NCBI GenBank assembly: GCA_964304625.1 | Contig: OZ199838.1 | Location: forward strand, 2,953,947-3,017,946 | From: Kudoa neothunni | Lineage: Eukaryota > Animalia > Cnidaria | DNA: 64,000 nt | Direction: 5' to 3' | Shown here: piece after piece, positions 25,874-39,957 of the stretch | How the letters are laid out: each line of letters begins with the position of its first letter | Position numbering within the stretch: position 1 is the first letter of the stretch | Program-made: the position numbers and the translations under genes | The notes under the pieces: generated by a model | Told to the model about the DNA's origin: nothing | The model's input: only the letters and a program-made list of their open reading frames with translations | Database searches by the model: none

Positions 25874-27299
25874 CATAAGGTTTTCTTTTACAAAAATTTT
25901 CGATATGGCCGAATTGGGGTTGGCCACATTGGTGAAATAATTACAGAGGATGTTTTTCGCTTAATTCTACATGTTTCTGAGGATGAATAAATTTTGAATC
26001 ATTTTTGGAATTTTTTGATTTGACGCGGATTTTTTTTGTTGAATACGAAAGCGTATCTAATTGGAGTAGGCCATTATATGAAACTAGCATATATACCCAG
26101 CTTTGTTTGGTTGTGTGTGATGGAAAATTTTAACTTTTAGTTTTATTTTTCTATTTAATTGTTACATTATTAAGATTGTCATTATTTTTGCATTGTGATG
26201 ATTTAAATAGACAAAATTATGCGCATATTTTTTATTCAAATATAAGTAGAGGTATCGAGGGAAATTAACGAGTATTTTTAAGTTTATTTTACAAATTATT
26301 GACCAAAAATACAATGACCCTAATTTTATGAGCAATGTAATTAATGATTAAAGTTCGTTTATTTACTAAACAAAGTCATTAAGTAACTTAAGTAGGACTT
26401 TCAGTTCTGTTCAAAATTTTTGCGATAAGAATTAATCCTTCTAGTTATAAAATTTATTATTAGCCTACAAACGATAAAAAAAAATAAAATCGACCTAAGA
26501 TGCGTCAGAAATAAAAATATTAAATTCTTACTCCTTTTTTTTGCGATTTTATAATAATGCCAATGATATTTTAAAAAGCTGTGAGCGATAACTTACGTAT
26601 TCACTATTTTTAAATAATTGAAACCTTTCTTTTTATCAAGAACACTTACTGGTTCAAAAATATACACATTTAATTAATAAAATACGATTAAATCTAAAAT
26701 GTAAAGGTGTTCTTGATTTGAAGAATTACAGTAATGCTTAAATATCAACTGGTTTTTCTCGAAGGAATGCATCCGTTTAAATACAAACGTAATGTTTAGT
26801 TTCTTAAAAAAAATTTTTTGTATTGAATTATTCTTAGATTAACGAAAACTTTGTGAAAATATCGATTAGATCGAATATACCAAAAATTTCTTTATTAACT
26901 TACATGGCACATGGCACGTATTGAAAGTGGATTATATTTTGTGCAAGAGTAATCGTGAATATAAATACTTAAACTGCGTATAGAATGAGGTGTCGCATAT
27001 TTTCATGCAGCTTTTATATCATAATGAATTATTTTTAGCGAGAAGAAAATTATTGATTGATTTGAATATTAACCTTAAGGTCTGGGTGGGGGTAAGGAAT
27101 AATTAGGTTAATAAGATCTTAAAGATAATTTAAAAAATTATCTCATCAAATATTGAGACTTATCGAATTAGATATGCCCAGTTGTTTTACAAGAAAGTAT
27201 AGGAAAACCAAAAAATGAGTACAAACTTATCGAAAAGGCGAATATAGTTTAAATCTCAATCGATATATTTGATAAAAAGAAATTTTCACATCTCAGGAA

Positions 27300-27950
27300 T
27301 TCCAATGGAGCATAATTTTCATTTAAGAAGTTATCACAAAAATATAATTATTTGAAAACACTACACACATCTTACATAGTTTATAGAATGCATATAGAGA
27401 CCAAAAATATTCCCCACATGGCAACAACTTGTAATCTCAAATTATGTGTTATATTTAAAATGATCATAATTTATTTTGCTTAACTATAACCTTAACGCCT
27501 GTAAAGAGAAAACGCATCCCAAATAGCTTGTTTATGCTTCAAAATATAAGGGAAATGCAACAACACTTGTAAATGTGACGTTAATAATTTTGTCTTAAGA
27601 TTTCTCCGAACAGGCATATGCAAAATTTTTAGAACATTCTATACCATAATTAAGAGACTCTTATTCTATATAGTGAGTAAAAAGTTCATTTTAATTCGTT
27701 ATCACTCCCAAGCAAACCAATATCGATATTATGCAGGTTTTTTTAATCTGCTTATTGATACAGGCAACTAGAAGATTCCTTACTTCTGATACCAATATTT
27801 ATTATGTAAGCAATTACAAGTGAATTAGCGATTTTTTGTAACAGTATCATCTTTCCAAATGTATGCTAAAAGCTGTATTTAAAGAGAGTTTCTCTATGGC
27901 ACATGCATACGAACACACACACAAAGACAGACATAAGAGCGTTCGATACA
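27300..27950 (+). repeat. Diverged member of the 16500-17172 repeat family
   Basis: Collinear blocks such as tagaatgcatata, taagggaaatgcaaca, tgtcttaa, cattctatac, acagacataaga. Confidence 0.7.
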
Positions 27951-28571
27951 CATTTATATATACATAAATTTGTACACATATTTGTTATATATAGGGTTTC
28001 TAATACATTGTACTTCTTGAATTGTCCATATTACTATATATAATTTTTTGGGGTAATCAATTTTAATGAAAATGCACATATAACCATCTGACATATATAC
28101 AAAAATTCCATAAAAAATTTATAAACTAAAAATACCATCGATAAACCTATATAACTACATTTAAAGTTAAAATAGCATTTTTATAAAATAGAAAATATGA
28201 TGTTTTTGTGAAATATGCGCGTAATCTATTTTATAATTTATCCAATTAGGATTGTTATATTTCAATAGAAAAAAATCTAATTAGTGACAATGAATAAGTT
28301 TAGAGTTAATAAGTGGGAATAACAAGAGAATATTCAATGTGTTATGGTGACACAACATTCCCCAATATTTAATTAAAGTAAAACTATGTTAATAAGAAAA
28401 CATTTTTTCGTTTTGCGCCCGTATGCTTGGTCAATGGATATGTCCATATTTTCGAGTCAACTTGTATTATTTTAACTATTCTACCCAATAAATGGAAAAA
28501 CTTGTTTCTAAATTAAGTAAACAATCGAAATAAGCGGAAATTACAAATAAACGCGCGAGCATGTCATTATT

Positions 28572-28653
28572 TAGGTTCGATTAATCGGAACCTCGCTATC
28601 CGGAAAGAAAATCTCCGACCCCAAATGTTTCGGATAATCGAGATTCGACTGTA
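28572..28653. mobile_element. Tigger/pogo-type MITE end
   Basis: ...cggataatcgagattcgactg|ta, similar to 8420-8496. Confidence 0.45.
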
Positions 28654-30475
28654 GCGAGATAAGATATCACATATCTTATGAAATCGATAAAAAACTTTTC
28701 GCACACGCGCGCAATAGAATATGAATTAGTAGCAGTCACCCATAGTGTGAATAAAATTTTCCTATAAATTGAGATATATTAAATCTAACTAGATAGATTT
28801 TTTTAGTTATAAATATAATCCGTCACATTTAATTTTGTAAGAATTAATAATTTCGTAATTTGTACATTTTCTAGTTAATAATCATCCTAAAGTCCAGTTT
28901 GGGGGATAATCTATCCGATATAATTAATTAATTGCTCCTAATAAAGAGCGTTGTGACTGAAAAAATTCTTACTACTAAAAATAGTTACATTGCTCCAATC
29001 AAGTAAAAATGTGAACAAAAAAACGCTTTGAGTGCGGAGAAATTTTCAATGTTCTACCTGCCTGAACAATAACTATCAATAATAACTTATTGCCAAATTA
29101 TTATTGAGCGGAGTATAAATATACAAATAAAGTAAATCTTTTAATGCACGATTTATAGTCACATTTATATTTCCTCACGACGAAATATAGAAGCTGTTGT
29201 TAAACATTGGGATTACGGTATTCACTACACTGTCATATATTTGATCACGAGAATAATTTATTTACAAAATTTTTCGGAACCACATACAACAATCACTTTT
29301 TCTTCATTTAAAACTTGAAATTTTTCAAAAGTTTTATGGCGTATTAATCGCTCCAACTAACCCCGAAGTTGATTTGAAGAATTTAAATGGTACCTGATGA
29401 GGGATTAATTCAGCTAATCACTATTATTGAATTCATATGCACTCCCATGTAATGATTATAATCCAGATTACAATTGACGTAATCTTTTAATTGTCTAGTG
29501 AGAAAATGGAATGGGATTATTTATATTAATATGTGTTAAGATATTTATTGTTAGAGAATTAATTCATTACAACATTTGAATAAGGATAAAATAAAGCTAT
29601 GCGTACACACACTTTAAATGGAGTCAAACGACATTGCCGCTCTCGTTCATGATGTACAATATTTGTCATCTGGATATAATTATGTCATTAAAATAAATTT
29701 TTCCTAAATTCGTCCAACAAAAATTTTAGTTTTACTCGACGTAAAATCAAACTTGTTGATATCACGCATGCTCGTAAGATCGCATGCCATCACGTGTATT
29801 AGTTTGGTTGGCGGTTAGATGTTGAATCTGTGTTCAGTTAGCAATTTCACATGGTTTGTGAACATTTTTTTATTCTTTTGATAAAAAACAAACCTAACCA
29901 CAAAGTCAAGAAGATTTTCGTAGTCAAATATTATGCCTGTAATATTTACATTGAATGTTAATATTTGGTGATGGAGTTATCATTTTAGTAATACTGGGAC
30001 CACACAATAGAATCTCAAGTCAATATCAAATTGTTTCCACTTGTGCATCAACTGTGAAACCTTCTTCCAGACATATTAGGTAACGTCAATTTTTAATTTC
30101 ATCAATAAACTTCATCTTAATACTTTAAATTTGTTGCAATTAGTCTTGAAAGTGCTAAACCTTATTAAAATTATATTTAATCAGAAATTGTAATAATTTT
30201 ATTTTTCTGAATTTTTATATTTTTTAACTGTAGAAAGATAGTTTCTTATTGTGGTGCGGCCAGTTAAAAATTTATTCACCCAATTGAATGATTATTTTCG
30301 CACGTAATTTTTCTAATAGAAATATTTCTCAAATTAAATTTGAATCTACGCCAGGTTATAAAATAAATAGGAAATTGTGGTGTTAAATTGAGACAACATT
30401 GTTTGCCTCAATGGGAATTCATGCAATTATAATAATAGATGATGAGAAACAGCTATTTAATTAAAGAAATATTAA

Positions 30476-32507
30476 CCTTTTAAATAATTGGAAAATTTAC
30501 ACCCTCCGAGTAAAATAGAGGAATTTTTTACCTCACATTTTTTTTTCATCAAACAATTTAGAATATAAAAATAATTATTTTTGTAAATTTGGAAGAATTT
30601 TTATCGATTAAATTCAAAATTATAAACAAATGTTTCTAACTAAGCTTGCACGGACCCGCTTGCGCACAAATCAATATTTATCACCTGGTGTAGAATGATT
30701 ATTGACAATACGTTTACAAGACACTTAATTATTTTCTAATCTAGGAAAGATTTTAAGCAGCATTAGAATTATTTTGTTAAATATGCGAACAGAAGAATAA
30801 CATTAAGAATAAGACAACATTGACAAAAAGTTATCAATTAAAACAAACATGATTGGAATGAAATTCGCAGCAAGATGAAGCACAAATGTCGCATTTTATT
30901 TCGGTTTTCTATCATACTTCCCATCACATAATCGACATCTCCTTTAACTACTTTGTCCAATTATAACAGATATAGCAGATAACAGATATAGCAGATAACA
31001 GATAACAAATAACAGAGGAGTCTTCACTAACTGCCATATTTTGTTTCCGTCTCAGAAGCAGTCGATGTGTCAATTGGGTTGCAATCATGTTTAAAAATTC
31101 CCTCCTGAGTAATTTTGAAGAAGGGAATAAATTTTTGTGTATACAAAACGTATTGATCAGACTAATATCAACTATATTAAAGAAAACAATTAACGGCAAA
31201 CGACAAGTCATTCGTCTAACATTTATTGCTGTCAATAATCTGGAAATCGTATCAACTCTGCCTTTTACTGCATTATAAGGCGTTATAAGGTATTATGATG
31301 CATTATGACGTGGGGTTTAAATGGCATTTCGGTTGATATTTGAGTGTTTGTTGAGGAGTAACAAAGCATATATCTTAGTATCATTTTTTTGTTGTTAAAA
31401 ACAAAAAGAGATGCATGAAGGGAGTCGTTCTATGTGGTCTCAAATATGACAGTATCTCCCTTTTATTTGAACGCATTGTTCCAACAATCGTAAGTTTTTT
31501 TGTAACAATTCATCCGCTAACTCAATTGACGTGAAAAAATTGTCGCATACCACATTTCCACTAGAACGTTCACATCCCTCGTAACATTTTGAGATCGCTT
31601 TCCCAAATATTCAATCACATTGAAAATAAAAGTTGACTTTTGTTCGCAACTATTAAAAAAAGCGTTAGGCCATATTTTGACGACTTTTTTGACATATGTT
31701 GTTTGAATTTACAACAATCTCTAAAAGCCGAAAGTTGCTCGTCGAAAAAAAAATCCTCAAAAGGTCGAAATGAAAAACTTTCTTGATTTGTTTGAATCTA
31801 TTTAAAGAAAATAGATCACGATAAACTTGTCTTCCCTATTCTAACCAAAACAATTCTTTGACTGGTTGTTGATTATCGTCAAATATTCCCATTAACAATA
31901 AACATCCGATGAATCCATCGAATTCTACAGTATCTAATTGCTTCCAAGCATCACCAGAAATTTTTTGCCACATTGATTTGTATATTTTAAAATTTAATCA
32001 TACATTTCCTAGCGAAAAAACACTTTAAACGTATCAATAACTTCAGATACATTCTGCAAAACGAAAGATGAAACACCAACACGAATGGTCAAAATATTTT
32101 CGGCTGCAGTTCTAGAAGTCGAGGGTTTTTCAATTGTCTAAAAGGTTCCATTCTTATCTATTAAAGAGTCAGATGGATCATTGATTTCAACTTCCGAATT
32201 ATCTGATAGCTTATCATGCATAATGGAATAACCCATGTCTGAAGTATCAGTATCAGAACAGCTGCCGCTATATTCACTCGAGCTCATTTCACCAAAGTTT
32301 GATGACACACGCCGATTGCAAAATGTCCAGTAATGTTTGTTGATTTAAACAATAATTCGTCGACAAAAGTGTATCAAATTGAACAAAAAGGTATTATTTT
32401 TTATTCGGAATAATTTAGTCTAAAAAAATTTTACTCTTAGATTTGAGGTAAAAAATTAAAGATTAAATAGGCCTGAGGTATAAAAATACCCCATTTTACT
32501 TGGCGGG
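30476..32507 (-). mobile_element. Decayed piggyBac element with both ends
   Basis: TTAA at 30472-30475 and 32508-32511 flanking CC.../...GGG termini. Transposase remnants DEQLSAFR, NVVCDNFFTSIELA, YNAVKGRVDT, RLPLIVFFNIVDISLIN. An internal (AGATAAC/AGATATAGC)n microsatellite lies at about 30963-31017. Confidence 0.85.
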
Positions 32508-34497
32508 TTAAAGCTTCTTATTCTGTAATGTTGGGATAAGGATAATATTTTGGTTGTCACAAGCAACATGCTCTTTAAATAAGATTAAAAGACATATTTT
32601 ATGCCAAAATACTTCTTTTTGCGTCGGTTCATTTTTAAATAACACATTTCATTTTTCAACTTGTTTCAATTTATCCTCCATGCTTACAATTAAACTTTGA
32701 TAACTAATTGAATATTTTTTGAACGTGTAGATAAAGATAAATTGGTTGAGTGGTTTATGCCCTAATGGGAAAATATTGTACGACTTGCACCATCTAATGA
32801 ATTTCATAACAGCGCCTAACTCTAATTTTTGGTTGGAAAATTTATACTGGGTTTTTATTGACTCGTTTTGTGGAATTATATTGAATGAAATAAAAACAAA
32901 TCTATTGAATTAATATAAAAATTAAATTCATCTTTTTTTAGATCCTAATGTAACACTATAATAAGTTGTACGAATAATCTTTTTTGCCTAATTAATTGAA
33001 TGTTAATTTGGACGCCTATTTAATTCAAATATTTTAATTAATTATCAAGTGACTTGTATTGAAATGAATTAAATTTTGGAAACAAGTCATTTCTGCCTTC
33101 TTAGATATCTTAACAGAGGAAGTTTTATGCATGATTTTGAGTATACAGATTTCACTTTCAAACTATTACGATGTAGTTTTGTTTTATGTTGATATGCTAA
33201 CAAAACGAGGTTGTTTTAATTATTTTACATTTATAATATTTGAAGGAAATGATTTTATAGAATATATTTTGGTAATGCTACGTTCAAGAAATCTCCCATA
33301 AAAACTGTGTTACTTTCGGATTAATCCCCAATAGAGCTCATATCACAGTTTATTATTTGAAATGTGGGGATATTAAAATATAGACTACCGTATCAACTAT
33401 TACTTGATATTTATTATGTATCAAAATATTTTGCTATACTCTTTAAAAGCATAATTTGTTCTTCTGTTTGTTAATAAAGCGATGATAGTAAACTATCTAA
33501 CTTTGTCACTTAAATGGGATTAAAGTATTTCGTATAATTTAATAGTGCTAAATAGCAACTTTTTCCTAGTTGGTAAAGTCAGAGTTTATTTTAAGATTTA
33601 TTGTCTAATTTCAAAAATATCTAAATATGTTGTTTATTCGTTAGTTTTATGTGTCAAAAATAACTCAGGCTTAAGGAGGTTATGCTTCTGTATTGAATGA
33701 TATAATTGAAAATGAATAACTCTAGGTATTTAATCGAGCTAGTTCTTGTATATCTTAATAGTTCACGTAGAGATACTCCGTTCAAATATTAATAAATAAT
33801 TTCACAATAGGTTCTCTTTGGTTTCTTTAGTAACAATTAAATATCTCTCGAATAAAATTTAAAACCAGGATTGAAGATATCAAGTTAAGTGCTTCTAATT
33901 GAATGGCACCAATGTTGTTCATATATTGTTGCTGTAGTTGACTATTATTCCTTTCACCAAAACCAAACAAATATTAAGGTTTGCAGTCTGTGAAGCTGTA
34001 TCAGGCAACAGGGCTTATTAATTTATTAATGTGAGAATATTGCAGTTTCAAGTCCTTTTTTCTAATTTATGATACCAACAAAAAATCTTATTTTTTGTGC
34101 CGTGGGGCTTTATGCGATTAACCGAAGTGAACATTTTCAACAATATTCTGATTTAACTATAATATTATTGATTATGAAATAATATAGTGCACAGTCGTGT
34201 GTAGAAGTTTAATACCAAATAACCGATTGCGAATCGATAACGATGCCAATATTTTTCTAAATTTCGTTATTTACAATTTAGACGTGAAATTTTCATTCTA
34301 AAACCTAATGTAATCTTTGGAGAATTGTCTAACTCAATTAAGATAAGATTGTTAGTTTTTTAGCATTTTTTTAATTGAAGGATATTTTTATTTGTTATAA
34401 TTATGTAATTAAATTAGACTGATAAAAGTAATTTTTTTGAAAAATTCAGTGTATAATTATTAATGGATGATATATCGTTTTCTGTAAAGGAATCTCT

Positions 34498-35452
34498 CTA
34501 CCAAGTTTTAAACTCCAATTTCACATTAGTTATTGATTGGTTTCCAAGATATGTGATAGTTTCGTCAAGGTTGTTATGTATATCGTCGTAATGAAGTTGG
34601 TTACTCCTCAAAGTGCTGTCTAAAATGAAATTCATGTGTGTAAAATTGATAAAATAATTTTTATCAACTTGTCCAATAACGCAAAAGTTACAATTACCTG
34701 AATAATATGGGTTCTGTGAAGGGTTACATTGATGTGCGGCAAGACACAAGTCGATTGAATAATGGATAAATTGTTCCCTTACCTAAGATATAAACATATT
34801 TAATTATAATGAAAAACTATAAATTGAACTTTGGCGAGTTTTTTTAATTAATATAGATACTTCGTCAGTTATAATAAAGTGTCCTGCTGCGATCTTGAGA
34901 CGATATACGAATAGAACTAGCTAATTAAAAGGAATTGAAATATTTTTAGTAAAAATATTGATATACAGTACAAGGTAAACAAGATTCCTTCTCATTGAAA
35001 ATGATAACTAGATATTAAATGTTTTTTTCTGGGTTGTGATAATATAAAAAAATACTTGTGTCACCATCGCAAATAGCGAAGAATTTGCATATATGGTATG
35101 GCTTCGGATAAATATTTAGAAAACACTCTGTTTTAAGGAGAGCTCCTTTAATTATAGTTTTCTATCTTTATTATATATAAAAAAGTTATTAGTAAGCATC
35201 ACTTTAATTTCACTGTGTCTAAACAATATATTGGAATATAAATCGGTGAAACTAGTTAATGCTTGTGTGAGAGATTTTCCACCTATTTTTAACTAAAAAA
35301 CAAGAGTTGGACGTGTTAATATTATTTTTTTTACGTTTTGTGTTTGTATACTACCTTGGAAATCGAAGGTAACTAAAATAAATGAACATGCGATTTAATG
35401 TTAACATACTTATTGAGATTGTAAACAGTGTTAATGTTAAAAATTTCATCAT
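34498..35452 (-). CDS. Secreted swaposin-like protein, paralog 4, 8 exons
   Basis: MMKFLTLTLFTISIITFDFQGSIQTQN-LKIGGKSLTQALTSFTDLYSNILFRHSEIK-KTIIKGALLKTECFLNIYPKPYHICKFFAICDGDT-IIIFNEKESCLPCT-LVLFVYRLKIAAGHFIITDE-VREQFIHYSIDLCLAAHQCNPSQNPYYS-DSTLRSNQLHYDDIHNNLDETITYLGNQSITNVKLEFKTW*. Confidence 0.85.
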
Positions 35453-36750
35453 TTCGTTTAGTTGATTGTTAGATTTTGCGTTTTATATCGTCTTATTGCA
35501 TTAATGTTAACAAATTTTCGGATTAATTAAGTAGTGCACGATATTATTTCTAATACTGTATTTTTATTGAAATCTAATTGATAATAGATAACATTTACGT
35601 ACGATGTAATATTTTATCTTGTTTTATTTTTGACCTGTTTTGGTTATTCCAAACAGTAAAAATAAAAGCATTAATATTTAATTTTTCATTTTATGTTCAC
35701 TAGAATAGGACTCGATTACTCACTACTCACTCGGGTGTAATAATTTTTGATAAAAAGAAAGTAGTTGCTATATTACATTCATATTACTGAACTTATTGTT
35801 TAACTAGTTGGTATATTTGAAAAGCTTTATATTGTTTATAATTGATTATATTATCTAGTTACATTTATACATAAGATAGAGTGCGCTTTTATATAACTTT
35901 TGAACGCCGTTTTTAATAGAGTGGTGTGAGATTATATTGATAGATTTATGAAAAATATACGTAAAATTTTAATTTATTTCACCATTAATTATTTTATTTT
36001 AATGATAATAATAATGCGGATGTATGGTGAAACGCACACGAGGAAGGCTTTTTGAATCCACTATTTTCATGGATGTTGGAATCAATTTGATTATTATCAG
36101 GAATGATTTCGATATAATAGTGCAGTCTTGTTTGTTTTGTATAAATTTAGATATTAGATTAAATTATCCTTTCATAAAAGTTTTACGATAGTATGTTAAG
36201 TAGTAAAAGAGATTATTTTTTAATAATTGATAAAGTCTTTGATTAGATGGATGACATTGATAATGAATCTTACGATGGTTGATATTATATTAGTAGGTAT
36301 TGTCGATTAATTTAGATTTTTCTTGGATAAATTTGTGTTCTACTTTGCTTTCATAATGCCGTCACTCCACCGTATATTAAGATTTAACCGATTTCTTTAG
36401 AAACTGTCTTCTGATTAATTTAGGCTAATATATTAGAGAGATTGTAATTATTTCTGTAATAATATGTATTATTTTCCCCTGCGAATTTTTCACGTTAAAT
36501 TTATCAGTATAATTTTAAATCCTTGATAAAATTGAATTCTAATATTTTTCTGCACCAACAATTCTAGAATAGTGAAAATTACAATTTAAGTATTAATAAA
36601 TATTTAAATTAGTTAATGGCTATGTCATTTATGCTAGTTATTCTCGAAAATTTAAGTTTGAATTCATATCTCTCACAAAACGTAAATTATAATAATTTTA
36701 CATTTAAAAAATTCTTTTTTTAAATTTTATAATGTGAATTTTGTATTTAA

Positions 36751-36922
36751 CCCTCCTAGTAAAATGAGGTGTATTTCTACCCCAGGCGATTGTTGATGAA
36801 AATTTTTCTCAGTACGCGGTAATGGTTACCTATTATTTTCCAATAATTTTGTTGAAAAAACCTGTGGTGTATTTACACTCCAATTTTACTCGGAAGGTGT
36901 AAAGTTTCTTGATTTTGGAGGG
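36751..36922. mobile_element. piggyBac-derived MITE (172 bp)
   Basis: TTAA|CCCTCC...GGAGGG|TTAA; both subterminal regions match the ends of the 30476-32507 element (agtaaaatg.ggt and ttttactcgga.ggtgtaaa). Confidence 0.85.
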
Positions 36923-37812
36923 TTAATTTATTTCATGTATTTTTTGCAGATTTAAATTTAACGTCAATTAACATTCATTTAATGGAATAAACTCGTCAAT
37001 TATACTAAAGGACGATTTAATTTTGTAGATTTTTATGATTTCATTTATGTAACTATTCACCTAAAAAAAATTTGGCTGTTTAAAATTTTTAAAATTCTTT
37101 TAAAGATATGAACTAATTTTTTCTCGCTTCTGCCTCTTTATAGAACTCATCAACGTTAATTATTGGAATGTATTTTTATTTTTAACACCGCCGCACATTC
37201 CTTAATAGCTTTTTTATTTACTGTGTCTAAGATTAGTCAAATGTTTCAAATATTTTTCCGAGTAATTTTAAAATATGTTTAAATTAATCTCAACTTGTTA
37301 ATAAAGTTTTTGTTTTTGAATCTATGATTAAAATTGTCGTTTAATTATAGATTCAGACCTAAGTATTTGACTCTCACATATTTAATTTTTTTTTCATAAT
37401 ATGTACATAATAAATGGAATATAATACAATTATATTTTTATTTAGATTATGTCAATCCTATAGGTTTCTACTCAATGTATATATTCGCCAATTGATGGAA
37501 AACAAAATTAGATGAGTTGTTGTTTTATCGGTAAAGGTATTTTTTGTTACAATTCAAAGTTACACTTAAGAAATTTTACAAGTTAATTCTAGTATTTTGG
37601 GAATATTTAAATTTAATTAAAAATATTTGCTAATAATATGAATATAGTATATATTAAATATCCTAAATGATTGACCTTTTGTTAATTTAATAAGTTTATC
37701 CATTATTTCGTATATGACAAAATATTTAGATTCGAATGTATTTTTTATGCATGCTTAATATTGATTTAATTTTTCGTTCTTTTAATTAATTAAATAATAA
37801 ATTACTAGTTAA

Positions 37813-38800
37813 ATGAAACGAGTAGATTTGAAGAAAACAATGAACAAAATGGCTAGTTGTGCCATTGCGCATAGTGCATAATTCTATATGAATGACGCGA
37901 ATGATTTTATTGAAAATTATACCTCATTTGGAGGCGAATTCGGCGATCAAGTTATTGATGAAAGTGATATATCGGACCAAGAAATAGATCCCATATATAT
38001 TAATGATAATAATTTGAAAAGTAAGAGTGGAATTATTTGGAGTTTATCAAGTCACTTACGTGAAAAACCTGTGCCGAAAACATAATGAATTCCATCTGTG
38101 GTGTTACTTTATATATTGTATCAAAGATAAAATCATTCATTTATTGGTTTTTATTATCCTTTACCTCAGAAATTGATAGTATTATCATAAATTACGTATG
38201 CAAAAATGTGTTTGGAAATCACTATTTCAATGATGAGTGACATGTTACCAATGAAATTGAATTTAAAGGTCATGTAAGCCTTCTAATACTAATAGCTATT
38301 CAGACATACAAGTACCACTGATAATACTGTCATCGATGCGTCTAAAAGTTTAAAACCTCATACCACAATGCATTACAAGGCAACCAATGGGGTGGGGTTG
38401 ATAATGTGGGTAGAATGTTGGCATCAATTTCTACCCAAAAGTTAAAAAGATGACCGCTTATCGTTCTTTCAACATGATTGATATATCGTTGATTAATGCA
38501 TTTGCATTACTGAATGACATATTTAATTCAGAAAAAAAATTGAGGAGAAACTTTCTGAAAGAGATTTCTAGCGAATTGGAAAATTCGCTGTAAGTAGAAC
38601 CTCCAGAAAAGTTATCAAAAGAAATTTAAATAAATCTGATACTCGAACAACGAACTGAGTTTAAATAAAAAATCGTCACGCTGGGATTATTGTGAAGGAT
38701 CAAATGATAAGAAAAACTCTAAATGGTGTCATAATTGCTGCAAGTTTTATTTCTTCACTCATGCTTCGAAATTCTTTTAAAGTGTCAAAATTAATTGTTG
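37813..38800 (+). pseudogene. Internally deleted, decayed piggyBac transposase
   Basis: Acidic N-terminus, KSKSGIIWS, HYKATNG.GVDNV, PLIV..NMIDISLINAF and a remnant Cys-rich tail; the catalytic core is missing. Confidence 0.7.
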
Positions 38801-39957
38801 TGCTTATTTTTTTACGTTATTTTTTAATTTTTAATGAGTTTTTTAGTAGCCGATAACGTTATTTTTATTTTGTGAACGCGTACTGAGAACGTTGATATAT
38901 CCCGATAATGTCATAAGCAAGATTAGTTTGAGATTATTTGGCGTAATAACTACAATATTCCAATGATTCTACTCGTTTAAGTTTAATACTGTTTTTTATT
39001 ACCTAATTAATTATTTTTTAACACACATCAACGCAATAAAAAGTGAGGCAATTTTTACCCCAAGAGTATTAGGTATTAGTTACAGGGGCAGCGTTTCTGA
39101 GATCGTTATCTGTTAACATTACAAGGTATATTTTTTTTTGAATAATTTTATGATGTATATTTTTGTTTATGCAAATTAATTTTATTTAGAATTTATTCCT
39201 AATCTATAAATTTAATGTTCTGTTGAATATTATTGCTTAGTTTTGCGTTTATTAAATCTCTTATAATGTTTATTAATGATTAGTCTAATGTACTTTTGTT
39301 AGTTTTTATATTTTGTCAATGTATAAAGTTTTACCAAGAGTTAGTATTAAATTTTTTTACATTATGTAAATAAGTTAGATATGTACATAATGTTGGTTAT
39401 CGCTCGTTTTCTTTAATTCTGTATATTTTTGTTAAGAAAATTGTTTCATATTAAGGCTAATTTTTATTTATTATTATTTGAATTTATTTTATGTAAAGTT
39501 TGAATAATAATTTATAACGGTTCTATTGTTATATGAGCTGAAATTTTTCGCTTTATTATTAAAGTATAATTATTCTTAAGAGATTTTTGCCCATCGAAAT
39601 TAAATAATTATGATCAGTTAAGCATTTTTATCATGTTCCTGTATGTTCATTAAAAATCTTTAAATAATATTATTTATTAATTAAATGATATATCATTAGA
39701 ATTTAATTTCTTATAGTATTCATTGAAATTTTTAAATATTCCTTATGTTTTTGTGACATTTATTTTTGCAATACTTTTAATTGAGCAGTTTTATGTGATT
39801 TGTTTTACAAACAAATATAAATTTCTTTTTTGATTAAATATCTCAATTGTGGCTAAAGCACTTTTAAATCTTTCAAGCGCATAATAAAATTTTCGCTAAC
39901 AGAGAATAAAAGAATTTTGTAATTCTAGTGATATCAAATTGATTTTATATTCGACTA

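Noticed and set aside
30963-31017. Short regularly spaced repeats (CRISPR-like at a glance)
   Set aside because: A simple 7-9 bp microsatellite without spacers, in a eukaryotic transposon relic.
32700-34200. Possible decayed RT on the minus strand (likewise 26600-27300 on plus)
   Set aside because: Motif traces are too degenerate to support by eye.
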